Assembly (NCBI GenBank): GCA_963752475.1
Contig: CAVVYR010000001.1
Location: 128,001 to 192,000 of the forward strand
Direction of reading: 5' to 3'
From: an uncultured Chloroflexia bacterium
GTDB lineage: Bacteria > Chloroflexota > Limnocylindria > Limnocylindrales > CSP1-4
DNA length: 64,000 bases
The notes beneath the pieces were generated by a model. That model saw nothing but the letters and a program-made list of their open reading frames with translations. It had not been told where the DNA came from and made no database searches. Below are positions 29,138 through 38,442 of this stretch, one piece after another. A program made the position numbers and the translations under genes. The stretch's first letter is position 1. Every line of letters begins with the position of its first letter.

Positions 29138-31062
29138 CCGGCGGCAACCTCCCCAAGTCCATCGTCATCCCCCTCGCCAACCCGCGCACGGCCGCGGACC
29201 TCGTCCGCATCGGCGCCTCGCTACTGCAGGACGGCGGTGCCATCACCGCGCTCTCGATCGTGGAGGTGCCGGAGGGTGTGCAGCTCTCCGAGGGCGCGAC
29301 CCGCGCCCGCCAGGCCCGGCGGCTGCTCCAGCGCGTGCTCGAGTTCGTGCCCGAAGGCGTGGAGCTGCGCACGGTCGTGCGCATCGGCCGTCGCGCCGAC
29401 GAGGGCATCGTCGAGCTGGCCGCCGAGGAAGAGGCCGACCTCATCCTCTTCGGCTGGGGCGGCCCCGATCGTGCTCGCCGCAGCGTGGCCGAGCGGGACG
29501 ACTTCCAGCCCGTCTTCAGTCCCACCATCGACGAGGTCATCCGCGAGCGGCCCTGCGACATCGCGGTGGTCAAGCAGCGCGGCATCGGCGAGGTCAGCCG
29601 CATCCTGGCGCCGGTCCGCGGCGGTCCCCACGCCGAGCTGGCGCTGCGCTACGCCAACGCTCTGCAGGAGTCCTTCGGGGCCGAGCTCGACGTGCTCCAC
29701 GTCGTGACTCCCGGCGTCGATCCGTCGATCAAGTCCAGGGCCGAACGCAACCTGGGGCTCTTCGTCGAGCGTCACACCGGCGATGCCTCAGCGGCCAAGG
29801 TCATCGAGGGCGAGGACGTCACCGAGGCCATCCTCGACGAGGCCGACGATGCCCAGATCGTGATCATGGGTGCCACCGCCACGGCCATGGACAGCCCCGG
29901 CGCACCGCTCTTCGGGCAGCTCGTGGAACACGTGGCCCAGGAGGCCGCCCCCACGGTCATCGTGGTCAAGACGCGCGACGTGCCCACGCGGGCCACGTTC
30001 GTGGAACGAGCCAAGCAGGACGACTCCCTCGAGGCCGCCGAGCAGGCCGCCTCGGCCCTGCGCAGCCTGCCGGCCAAGGTCGACCGCTGGTTCGGCGAGT
30101 CCTCCTTCGACTTCCAGGAGTTCAGCGACCTCAAGCGGCTCGTCGAGCTCAAGGAGAAGCGCGGCCTGACCATCTCGGCCGTGCTGCCCACGCTCAACGA
30201 GGCAGCCACCATCGGACCCATCGTGCGCAGCGCCCGGCGGGAGCTGATGAAGGTCGTGCCGCTCATCGACGAGCTGCTGGTCATCGACTCCGACTCGGAT
30301 GACGAGACCCGCAAGATCGCCGAGGACGAGGGCGCACGCGTCGTCATCCACCAGCAGGTGCTGCCCAAGTACGGCGCCTATCGGGGCAAGGGCGAGGCAC
30401 TCTGGAAGAGCCTCTACGAGACCTCGGGCGACCTCGTGGCGTGGTGCGACACCGACGTGCGCGAGTGGGACCCGCGGTTCCTCTACGGCACGCTCGGTCC
30501 CTTGTTGACCGAGCCACGCTTCGGCTACGTCAAGGCCTACTACCAGCGACCCATCGTTCAGGGTGGGGTGCTCACCGCCGGCGGCGGCGGCCGCGTGACC
30601 GAGCTCGTCGCGCGCCCGCTCCTCAACCTCTTCTTCCCCGAGCTGTCGGGCTACATCCAGCCGCTCTCGGGGGAGTACGCCGGCCGGCGTGAGATCCTCG
30701 AGGACATCCCCTTCTTCACCAGCTACGCCATCGAGATCGGTCACCTCATCGACCTCGCCGAGAAGATCGGCATCGACGGCCTGGGTCAGGTCGACCTCGA
30801 GATCCGGCACCACCGCAACCAGGACCTCGAAGGGCTCTCGAAGATGGCCTTCAGCATCATGCAGGCGGTCATGAAGCGGCTCGACGAGCGGGGCACCCGG
30901 CCGCGCCTGGCCGAGATGGGCACCTCCATGAAGCTGCCGCGCTCGGCGGCCCACAAGCTCTCGCTCGACGTCATCGACCTGGCCGACATCGAGCGCCCGC
31001 CGATGAACCGCATCCCCGAGTACCGGCGCAAGCGCGGCCTGCCCGAGAACCCCACCGAGTAG
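29134..31062 (+). CDS. gpgS: Tandem universal-stress-protein domains fused to glucosyl-3-phosphoglycerate synthase
   Basis: Two N-terminal USP domains (IVIPLAN..ADLILFGW..PCDIAVVK; ILAPVRGGPHA..IVIMGA). C-terminal LPTLNEA, GKGEALWKS, DTD, GGGRVTELVARPLL, QPLSGEYAGRR. Confidence 0.88.
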   Translation: MTGGNLPKSIVIPLANPRTAADLVRIGASLLQDGGAITALSIVEVPEGVQLSEGATRARQARRLLQRVLEFVPEGVELRTVVRIGRRADEGIVELAAEEEADLILFGWGGPDRARRSVAERDDFQPVFSPTIDEVIRERPCDIAVVKQRGIGEVSRILAPVRGGPHAELALRYANALQESFGAELDVLHVVTPGVDPSIKSRAERNLGLFVERHTGDASAAKVIEGEDVTEAILDEADDAQIVIMGATATAMDSPGAPLFGQLVEHVAQEAAPTVIVVKTRDVPTRATFVERAKQDDSLEAAEQAASALRSLPAKVDRWFGESSFDFQEFSDLKRLVELKEKRGLTISAVLPTLNEAATIGPIVRSARRELMKVVPLIDELLVIDSDSDDETRKIAEDEGARVVIHQQVLPKYGAYRGKGEALWKSLYETSGDLVAWCDTDVREWDPRFLYGTLGPLLTEPRFGYVKAYYQRPIVQGGVLTAGGGGRVTELVARPLLNLFFPELSGYIQPLSGEYAGRREILEDIPFFTSYAIEIGHLIDLAEKIGIDGLGQVDLEIRHHRNQDLEGLSKMAFSIMQAVMKRLDERGTRPRLAEMGTSMKLPRSAAHKLSLDVIDLADIERPPMNRIPEYRRKRGLPENPTE

Positions 31063-31073
31063 CCGGAGCCACC

Positions 31074-32238
31074 ATGTCCGAGCGCCCGTTGCGCGTCGTC
31101 GTCGCGCCCGACTCGTTCAAGGGCACGTTCAGCTCCGTGGTCGTGGCCAGTGCCCTGGCCGAAGGCTGGTCGGCACTTCGGCCGGCGGACGAGGTCCAGC
31201 TGACGCCCATGGCCGACGGCGGCGAGGGCACGCTCGATGCGGTCGAGGCCAGCGGCGGCTGGGACCGGCACGCGGTCGCAGCCAAGGACCCGCTGATGCG
31301 GACGCTGGCGGCATCCTTCCTGCGCTCGGGCGACCGGGCCGTGGTGGAGATGGCCTCGGCCTCCGGGCTGTCGCGGGTGGAGGCCGCTGAACGCGACCCG
31401 ATGGCCGCCTCGACCTTCGGTACCGGCCAGATCCTGGCAACGGCCATCGGGCTCGGCTGCCGCGAGATCGTCATCGGCTTCGGCGGCAGCGCCACTACCG
31501 ACGGTGGCGCCGGGCTGCTCGAAGCGCTCGGGGCCCGCATCCGCGACGCCTCCGGTGCCGACGTGCCCCCAGGCGGCGGATCCCTCGGCGAAGTCGCCTC
31601 GATCGACCTGACAGGGCTCTCCGAGGCACTCGCGGAGGTGCACGTCGTCGTGGCCTCGGACGTGACCAACCCGTTGCTCGGTGAGCGCGGGGCAGCCGGC
31701 GTCTACGGACCGCAGAAGGGGGCCACGCCCGACCAGGTGGCCGAGCTCGACCGCAACCTCAGGCGCTACGCGGACGTGATGGAAGGGACCATCGGGCGGC
31801 CGCTGCGCTACGAGCCCGGAACCGGTGCTGCCGGCGGCGCCATCTTCGGCTTGCTCGCCATCGCCGATCGGTTCGCCTCGGTCGAGGTCCGACCGGGCGT
31901 GGATGTGGCCATGGAGCTGACCGGCTTCGACGAGGCCGTGACCGAAGCCGACCTCGTGCTCACGGGCGAAGGCAAGGTGGATGGCCAGACGTCCTTCGGC
32001 AAGACGGCCATGGGCGTGGCGGAGCGAGCACGCGACGCCGGCGCGAAGACCATCTGCTTCGGTGGCGGCGTCACGCCCGAAGGGAGCTGAGTTCATGCAC
32101 TCCCTCGGCGTGATCACGATGCCGGTCACGGAGCGCCCGATGAGCCTCGAGGAGTGTGTGGCGGCCGGCACCGCCCCCATCGCCCGCGCGGCCGGGCGGG
32201 CCGCCTTGCTCATGGACCTGGGCGGTGGCCTCGCCTGA
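31074..32238 (+). CDS. Glycerate kinase (GlxK/GarK family), +1 frameshift near 32082-32084
   Basis: APDSFKG, MADGGEGT, EMASASG, GGSATTDGG, VLTGEGKVDGQT. Removing one G from GGG at 32082-84 restores ...PEGAEFMHSLG...GGGLA to the stop at 32238, which overlaps the nth ATG. Confidence 0.88.
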
Positions 32239-33083
32239 TGGCGGCGACGAAGAAGCGCAAGCCGGCCAAGCGGCGAAAGGCCGATCCCATCAAGCCCTGG
32301 GCCAAGCGGCTCAAGGTCTCGCGACCGGACCTCGTCGAGTTCGTGCTCGACAATGTCCAGTCGCTCTACGGCATCCCGCAGTGGAAGCGGGTGCTGGACC
32401 CGACGTCCGAGCTGATCCTGGTGATCCTCACGCAGAACTCGGCCGACATCAATGCCGAAAAGGCCTTCGATGCGCTGCGCCTGGCGTATCCCTCGGACCA
32501 CTCGCTCGTGGAGCGAGGTGTGCCGGCCGAGATGGAGATGGAGGACTACCGACCGGGCTGGGGCGGGAGCGGCTGGGCGGTGCTGCCGCCGCCTGACTGG
32601 ACGCGCGTGGAGGTGGCACCGCTCGACGAGCTCGTCGACGTCATCCGCCCGGCCGGTCTGGCCAACCAGAAAGCGGCCCGCATCAAAGCCTCGCTGGCCA
32701 GGCTGCGCGAGGAGCGTGGCGACCACTCGCTCGAGTTCCTGGGGGAGATGGAGCCGCTGGAGGCTCGCGATTGGCTCACCAGCATCGGGGGCATCGGCGT
32801 CAAGACGGCCTCGGTGGTGCTGATGATGTCGTTCGGGATGCCCTTGATGCCGGTGGACCGCCACGTCGATCGCGTCTCGAAGCGCATCGGACTGATGCCG
32901 CCCAAGGTGTCCGCCGAGGAGGCACACGATCGGTATCTGGCGCTGCTCGAACCGGAGCAGTGCTACCCCATGCACGTGGGGCTCATCACGCACGGGCGCA
33001 ACCTCTGTGACGCACGTTCGCCACGTTGCGACGAGTGCCCGATCGCCCTTCGCTGCCGCTACGTGGACCGCCGCGCCCCGTAG
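32238..33083 (+). CDS. nth: Endonuclease III (HhH-GPD, 4Fe-4S)
   Basis: ILTQNS, GIGVKTASVVL, PVDRHVDRV, CDARSPRCDECPIALRC. Confidence 0.92.
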   Translation: MAATKKRKPAKRRKADPIKPWAKRLKVSRPDLVEFVLDNVQSLYGIPQWKRVLDPTSELILVILTQNSADINAEKAFDALRLAYPSDHSLVERGVPAEMEMEDYRPGWGGSGWAVLPPPDWTRVEVAPLDELVDVIRPAGLANQKAARIKASLARLREERGDHSLEFLGEMEPLEARDWLTSIGGIGVKTASVVLMMSFGMPLMPVDRHVDRVSKRIGLMPPKVSAEEAHDRYLALLEPEQCYPMHVGLITHGRNLCDARSPRCDECPIALRCRYVDRRAP

Positions 33084-33104
33084 CTCGAGCAGTGGCGGCC
33101 ACGC

Positions 33105-33360
33105 TCGCCGGGCATCGTCGCGCCTCGTGTCGCCGGCGCTCTCCAGGTCGCGTCGCCGGGTATCGTCGCGCCACGGTGGCGCTGTCTAGCCAGGTACCTC
33201 GGCGCCCTGTGTCGCCGGGTATCGTCGCGCCTCGTGTCGCGGCGCTTTCCAGGTCGCGTCGCCGGGTATCGTCGCGCCACCGTTGCCCCGTGTCGCGAGG
33301 CACCTCGGCGCCCTGTGTCGCTGGGCATCTTCGCGCCTCGTGTCGCGGCGCTTTCTGGTC
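33105..33360. repeat. Compound repeat: about 106-107-bp unit x2.4 with an internal 20-bp motif TCGCCGGGYATCGTCGCGCC x5
   Basis: Motif starts at 33105, 33153, 33212, 33259 and 33318 (spacing 48/59/47/59); the intervening segments alternate between two sequence types. Confidence 0.9.
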
Positions 33361-33640
33361 GGATGTCAGCCCGGGTCGCCTTCGGCCCGAAACCTGCTGT
33401 GACCGTCGGAGTCTCACCGGAACGCCATGCCCTACATGACTCGGGTATGCCCATGGCGGGTGGGAAGCGGCAAGCCCGGTCCGGTCGGCCGCTTGCTATC
33501 CGCGCGCTATCTGGCCTAAGGCCGCATGGCGTGACATTCGACACGAAACCGTGGCCGCCTTCCGGTCAGAAGTCGGCTCTGAGTCCCTTGGACGGGCCCG
33601 CCGTGTGACTCGAACCCGCAGTGTGACCAGAACCTCGCTG

Positions 33641-33812
33641 TGCCAGGCGCAGTGCGGGGTCAGTGCCTGGCGCTGTGCCCGGCGCAGTGCGGGGTCAGTG
33701 CGGGGCGTCAGTGCGGGGTCAGTGCCGGGCGCAGTGCGGGGTCAGTGCCGGGCGCAGTGCGGGGTCAGTGCCTGGCGCAGTGCCGGGCGCAGTGCGGGGT
33801 CAGTGCCAGCGC
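33641..33812. repeat. 11/12-bp minisatellite (CAGTGCGGGGT / CAGTGCCGGGCG)
   Basis: More than a dozen contiguous CAGTGC-cored units just downstream of the DUF1634-like gene stop. Confidence 0.92.
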
Positions 33813-33821
33813 AGCGCAGAA

Positions 33822-34181
33822 TCAGCGCAGGATCGCGACTACCGCGCTCAGCGTCAGGATGGCGACGACGGCGAGGGCCAGCAGCAGCGTGCGCCGGTCG
33901 CCGACCGACCCGTACTCCCACGCCGTCATCAGCAACCCGATGACCGGGGTAGCCACGACCGCGTAGGCACCGGCGGTGGCCCAGGCCCAGGGCGTCAGCG
34001 CCACGAGCCCGTCGAGCACGGTCGCGACATCGGTCATCTCGCCGCTCCCCGGCTCCGCGCCCAGGACCTCCAGCAGCATGGCCACCGCGAAAAACGCGCC
34101 AGCCACGAACACGCCGGCCGTGATGGCGGTGCTGGTGAGGCGGCGGGGAGCACCCTCGTGAACGGGCGGCCGTGTCGTCAT
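33822..34181 (-). CDS. DUF1634-like small membrane protein
   Basis: Three TM helices, G..VVATP motif; ATGA overlap with the TauE gene, a usual pairing. Confidence 0.75.
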   Translation of the reverse strand: MTTRPPVHEGAPRRLTSTAITAGVFVAGAFFAVAMLLEVLGAEPGSGEMTDVATVLDGLVALTPWAWATAGAYAVVATPVIGLLMTAWEYGSVGDRRTLLLALAVVAILTLSAVVAILR

Positions 34182-35005
34182 AGGGCCAGCCACTCGAGGA
34201 ACATCGAGACCGCGAACACCGCGGCCACGATGACGAAGGCCAGTCGCAGCACATCCTGCGAGAGCCGCATCGAGAGACGCGCCCCCAGGCGGGCTCCGAC
34301 GATGACGCCCAGGGCCACCGGCGCCGCCAGCAACGGGTCGATCTGACCGGAGATGAGGTAGAGCACCGCGGCCGTGGTGGCCGTGGCCGCGAGCATGTAA
34401 GTGCTGGTGGTCGTGGCCACTCGGATGGGCACGCCCATGAGGACGTTCATGGTGGGCACGTTGATGACGCCGCCACCCACGCCGAGCAGGCCGGCCACGT
34501 TGCCCGCGAAGTAGGAGACCAGCGTCCCGGGCACGACGCGCCGCGCCCGATAGGCGACCTCCTCGCCGGTGGTCGGCTCCACGAAGGTCGAACCGAAGCC
34601 GACGCCGCGGTCCTCGTCGGCCACCGGTGTCGGTGCTACCGGATGACGGATCTGCCAGAGCATGCGCAGGGCCACGAGCGTGAGCAAGACCGAGAACAGC
34701 AGTGCCAGCGTGCGGCCGTCAAGGTAGCCAGACGCGAGGCCGCCGCTCAAGCCACCGAGCGTGGCCGCCACCAGCAGCAGCATCCCCAACCGCCGGTCGG
34801 CGAGACCGGAGCGGATGTAGCGCGGCGAGGCTGAGAGCGAGGTGGCGATGACGCCGATGAGGCTGGCTGCGATGGCGACCTTGACGTCATAGCCGAGCAC
34901 CACCGAGAGCAGTGGCACGATCACGAGCCCACCGCCGATGCCCACCATGGACCCGAAACCGCCCGCCGCGATGGAGACGAGGAAGGCGATGAGCGCCGCG
35001 CTCAC
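34178..35005 (-). CDS. Sulfite exporter TauE/SafE (TSUP) family protein
   Basis: GSMVGIGGGLVIVP, AGLLGVGGGVINVP, ATTTSTYM. Confidence 0.92.
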   Translation of the reverse strand: MSAALIAFLVSIAAGGFGSMVGIGGGLVIVPLLSVVLGYDVKVAIAASLIGVIATSLSASPRYIRSGLADRRLGMLLLVAATLGGLSGGLASGYLDGRTLALLFSVLLTLVALRMLWQIRHPVAPTPVADEDRGVGFGSTFVEPTTGEEVAYRARRVVPGTLVSYFAGNVAGLLGVGGGVINVPTMNVLMGVPIRVATTTSTYMLAATATTAAVLYLISGQIDPLLAAPVALGVIVGARLGARLSMRLSQDVLRLAFVIVAAVFAVSMFLEWLAL

Positions 35006-35082
35006 GGGCGCGTGCTCAGGTAGGGGTCAGAGAGTCGGGTGAGCTCCACGACGTCCAAGGATAGCCGGGCTACCATCAGGGT

Positions 35083-36279
35083 ATGTCCATGTTCGCTGAT
35101 CTCGAGCCCCGTGCACCCGACGCCATCCTGGGGCTGATGGAGCGCTTCCGCGCAGACGACCGGCCCGACAAGGTGTCGCTCGCCTCGGGTGTCTATGTCG
35201 ACGAGTCCGGCACCACGCCCGTGCTCGAAACCGTCCGCGAGGCCGAGGCGCGCATCCTCGCCGTTCAGACCACCAAGGTCTACAAGCCCATCGGCGGCGA
35301 TCCGGCCTACACCGGCCCCGTCCGCGACCTCGTCTTCGGGGCCGACCATCCGGCTGTCACCGACGGCCGCGTAGAGACCATGCACACCCCCGGCGGGACC
35401 GGTGCCCTGCGTGTCGCCGGCGACCTCGTCTCGGCCATCAGCCCGAACGCTTCGGTCTGGCTCTCGACCCCGACCTGGCCGAACCACCCACAGGTATTCG
35501 CCGCGGCCGGCCTGCCCATCCGCTCGTACCCATACCTTGGGGCGGACGGCGAGCTCGACATCGACACCCTGCTGGGGGTGCTCAAGGGCGTGCCCGCGGG
35601 CGACGTCGTCGTGTTGCATGGCTGCTGCCACAACCCTACCGGCATCGACCCCACGGCCGAGGATTGGGAGCGCATCGCCGACGCAGTGGCCGAGGCCGGC
35701 GCTCTGCCCCTCCTCGACTTCGCCTACCAGGGCTTCGCCGATGGGCTCAGCCAAGACGCGAAGGGCCTGCGCGCATTGCTCGCTCGCGAGCGGACGATGT
35801 TCGTGGCCAGCAGCTTCAGCAAGAACTTCGCGCTCTACGACGAGCGCGTCGGAGCCCTCTCCATCGTCGGGGCCGACCCCGGGGAGACGGCCACGCTGCT
35901 CTCGCACGCCAAGGGCGTGATCCGTTCGAACTACTCCAACCCACCCGCGCACGGCGGTGAGATCGTGGCCACCGTCCTCTCGGATGCCGCCCTCACCGAA
36001 CGGTGGGTCGAAGAGGTCGGCGTGATGCGCGACCGCATCAACGGCAACCGCGCCAAGTTCGTCGAAGGCTTGCAGGCCGCCGGCGCACCCGGCAACCACG
36101 AAGCGCTGATGCGCCAGCGAGGCATGTTCTCGCTGCTACCGCTGGGCGAGGAGCGCGTGGCTCGGCTGCGTGACGACTTCGGCGTCTACGTCGTGGGCAA
36201 GGGTCGCGTGAACGTGGCCGGCCTGACCGCGCGGAACCTGGGACCCGTGTGCCGGGCCATCGCCTCCGTCACCGCCTGA
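35083..36279 (+). CDS. aspC: Aspartate/aromatic amino acid aminotransferase (AspC/TyrB subfamily I-alpha)
   Basis: DAILGL, TPGGTGALR, PTWPNH, HGCCHNPTG, DFAYQGF, SFSKNFALYDERVG, SNPPAHG, GRVNVAGL. Confidence 0.93.
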   Translation: MSMFADLEPRAPDAILGLMERFRADDRPDKVSLASGVYVDESGTTPVLETVREAEARILAVQTTKVYKPIGGDPAYTGPVRDLVFGADHPAVTDGRVETMHTPGGTGALRVAGDLVSAISPNASVWLSTPTWPNHPQVFAAAGLPIRSYPYLGADGELDIDTLLGVLKGVPAGDVVVLHGCCHNPTGIDPTAEDWERIADAVAEAGALPLLDFAYQGFADGLSQDAKGLRALLARERTMFVASSFSKNFALYDERVGALSIVGADPGETATLLSHAKGVIRSNYSNPPAHGGEIVATVLSDAALTERWVEEVGVMRDRINGNRAKFVEGLQAAGAPGNHEALMRQRGMFSLLPLGEERVARLRDDFGVYVVGKGRVNVAGLTARNLGPVCRAIASVTA

Positions 36280-36502
36280 CCGGACGGCATCACGCCATCG
36301 GTACTGGTGACGCGATGCCTACAGTCTGGAGCAGAGGGGTAGTCAAGTGCGGTCTGTGGGGGTAGCCTCGGACGACCGATGACCCGATAGTACGGGGGTG
36401 AACGTCGTCTTCTCACCCCCACCCCGTACTTCCGTTCGGAGCCCGCTGGTTCCGGCCGGTCGGTTCATCCCGCCAGCACCGCCCCAGCAGAAAAGGCGAA
36501 GG

Positions 36503-37183
36503 ATGAGCGCGACATTCGCTACTATCACCTCCCGCATGCGACTCAATCTCTTCGCACGTAACCAGGACCAAGAGCCCGATCAGCCGGCGCCGGATGAGCC
36601 GGGGGCGGCCGCCGCCAGGCCCCCGAACGGCAAGACCTTCGCTGCCGACGAGGTCGTCTGGGGCATCGTCATCCGCAACGGCTTCGACGAGATCGATGAT
36701 CCCGGGTACCACCGTGGGACCACGCAGCATGCCTACCTCGAAGGCAACGACAACGTGGCCATCTGCGGCTTCCACCCGCCACAGTCGGGTCCACGCACGC
36801 GTCGCCGATCACGCCTGGGTCTGCCCACCACGGGTGAGCATCCCATGTGTGGCAGCTGCGCTCGCCTCGTGGTGGCACCGCGACCGCGGGTCCCGGTTCC
36901 CGTCCAGGGCAGCCGCCCGCCGGTGGCCGTGCCCGTGGCTCGTCCCACCCAGCAGCCGACTCCTCCGCCGCTGGCCGTGCCCGTCAACGGCCAGGCCCAG
37001 ACCACGCCGATGCCGGCTACGCCTGCCGCTGATGCCGGCGCCAGCAGCGTCTCACCGTGGGTGCGCAACCGCACCGATGCGGTCGACACCGGCGAGGCCA
37101 CCGTCAGCATCGAGCTGGGTGCCTTGCACGACGGCGGCCTGCTGAAGCGCGGCGTCCACGCCGAGGTCGAACACGACGACTGA
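36503..37183 (+). CDS. Hypothetical protein with His/Cys putative zinc-binding motif and Pro-rich tail
   Basis: HAY...AICG...CGSC; start ATG at 36503 or 36536. Confidence 0.65.
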   Translation: MSATFATITSRMRLNLFARNQDQEPDQPAPDEPGAAAARPPNGKTFAADEVVWGIVIRNGFDEIDDPGYHRGTTQHAYLEGNDNVAICGFHPPQSGPRTRRRSRLGLPTTGEHPMCGSCARLVVAPRPRVPVPVQGSRPPVAVPVARPTQQPTPPPLAVPVNGQAQTTPMPATPAADAGASSVSPWVRNRTDAVDTGEATVSIELGALHDGGLLKRGVHAEVEHDD

Positions 37184-37216
37184 TCCGACCGATCCGAACG
37201 GCCGACGCTAGAGAGA

Positions 37217-37251
37217 GGCCGCCCGATCCCACCGTGCGGGTTCGGGCGGTT
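37217..37251. terminator. GC-rich hairpin between convergent genes
   Basis: GGCCGCCCGATCCC-ACCGTGC-GGGTTCGGGCGGTT. Confidence 0.55.
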
Positions 37252-37267
37252 CGTCGTTCCCGGGGAC

Positions 37268-38275
37268 CTACTCCGTCGGCTTGACCACGATCTTCAGGCC
37301 GTTTCGCGCGACGAGGTCGTCGAAGGCCTTGGCGCCCTCGGCCAATGCGTAGGTCGCGCTGATCATGCCCTCGAGCGAGACGATGCCGTGGTCGGCCAGC
37401 TCGATGGCTCGCAGCATGTGGATGGCCTTCATCCGTCGCGACCAGGCGACCGTCAGGCCCTTGCGCCGGACCTCGCCTGCCGGGAACGAGTGCTGATCGC
37501 TGGGCGGGATGCCCACGACCGTGACCCGACCGCCGCGCTTGGCGGTGATCATCGCGGTCGTCAGCGCGCCGTCCTCACCGGCGACCTCGAACGTCACGTC
37601 GACCTTGGGCACGTCACCGATGCCGGACGGCATCCCGTCGTCGTCCGCCAGCCAGGCCTCGTCGGCACCGGAGGCCAGGGCCGCCTCCACGCGGTGGGGC
37701 TTGACGTCGCTGGCGATGACGCGACCCGCGCCCAGAGCCTTGAGGGTTCGGATGAGGAAGAGGCCGATGGGGCCGGTACCGAATACGCCCGCGCTCATGC
37801 CCGGCTTGAAGTGGCTCAAGTCGATGCCGTGGAGGGCGATCCCGAGCGGTTCCAGCAGCGCGATGTCATCACCCTCGATGCTGTCGGGCGCGGGCAGCAG
37901 CAGTCGCTGCGGCCAGGCCATGTACTCACGCAGTCCGCCGTGGACGGGGGCATGGCCGAGGAAGCGGACGTCTGGGCAGAGGTTGCCGTTGCCGACGCGG
38001 CAGTGCTCGCACTGGCCGCAGGTGTTGGCTGGCTCGACGATGACGCGCTCGCCTTCTCGAGGGCCCGAGACGATGACGCCGCCCAGCTCATGGCCCAGCA
38101 CGAGGGGCTCGTCGACGACCGATTCGCCGATGCCGCCGTCCTCGTACCAGTGGAGGTCGGAGCCGCAGAGGCCGACCGCGGTGACGCGGACGAGTTCCTC
38201 GCCGGGGTCCGGCTCGGGCGTTGGTTCCTGGTGGATACGGACGTCACTGGCGCCGTGTAGTCGAAGCACTTCCAT
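37268..38275 (-). CDS. Zinc-dependent alcohol/polyol dehydrogenase (sorbitol/L-iditol DH-like)
   Basis: GLCGSDLH, LGHE, CGQCEHCRVGNGNLC, GTGPIG. Confidence 0.92.
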   Translation of the reverse strand: MEVLRLHGASDVRIHQEPTPEPDPGEELVRVTAVGLCGSDLHWYEDGGIGESVVDEPLVLGHELGGVIVSGPREGERVIVEPANTCGQCEHCRVGNGNLCPDVRFLGHAPVHGGLREYMAWPQRLLLPAPDSIEGDDIALLEPLGIALHGIDLSHFKPGMSAGVFGTGPIGLFLIRTLKALGAGRVIASDVKPHRVEAALASGADEAWLADDDGMPSGIGDVPKVDVTFEVAGEDGALTTAMITAKRGGRVTVVGIPPSDQHSFPAGEVRRKGLTVAWSRRMKAIHMLRAIELADHGIVSLEGMISATYALAEGAKAFDDLVARNGLKIVVKPTE

Positions 38276-38442
38276 AGCTCCACCATAGCGGGCTCGACCG
38301 GCGCTGCCGTGGGCCATGAAGCCCCTCGGGTGGTGCGTTCTGTCAACCGTCCGTGGAAGGTGTTCGCGTATCCTTCGGGTGTGGCCGGCGCACGTGCCGT
38401 GCGTGTCGTCGTGTCACGACCGTGAGGAGTCTCTATCGCCTG

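Noticed and set aside
33105-33360. CRISPR array
   Set aside because: The spacers are not unique (two alternating families of about 28 and 39 bp), the repeat is only 20 bp, and there is no AT-rich leader or cas gene in the window.
36440-36480. tRNA fragment (GGTTCATCCC resembles a T-arm)
   Set aside because: No cloverleaf, D-arm or acceptor stem could be built.
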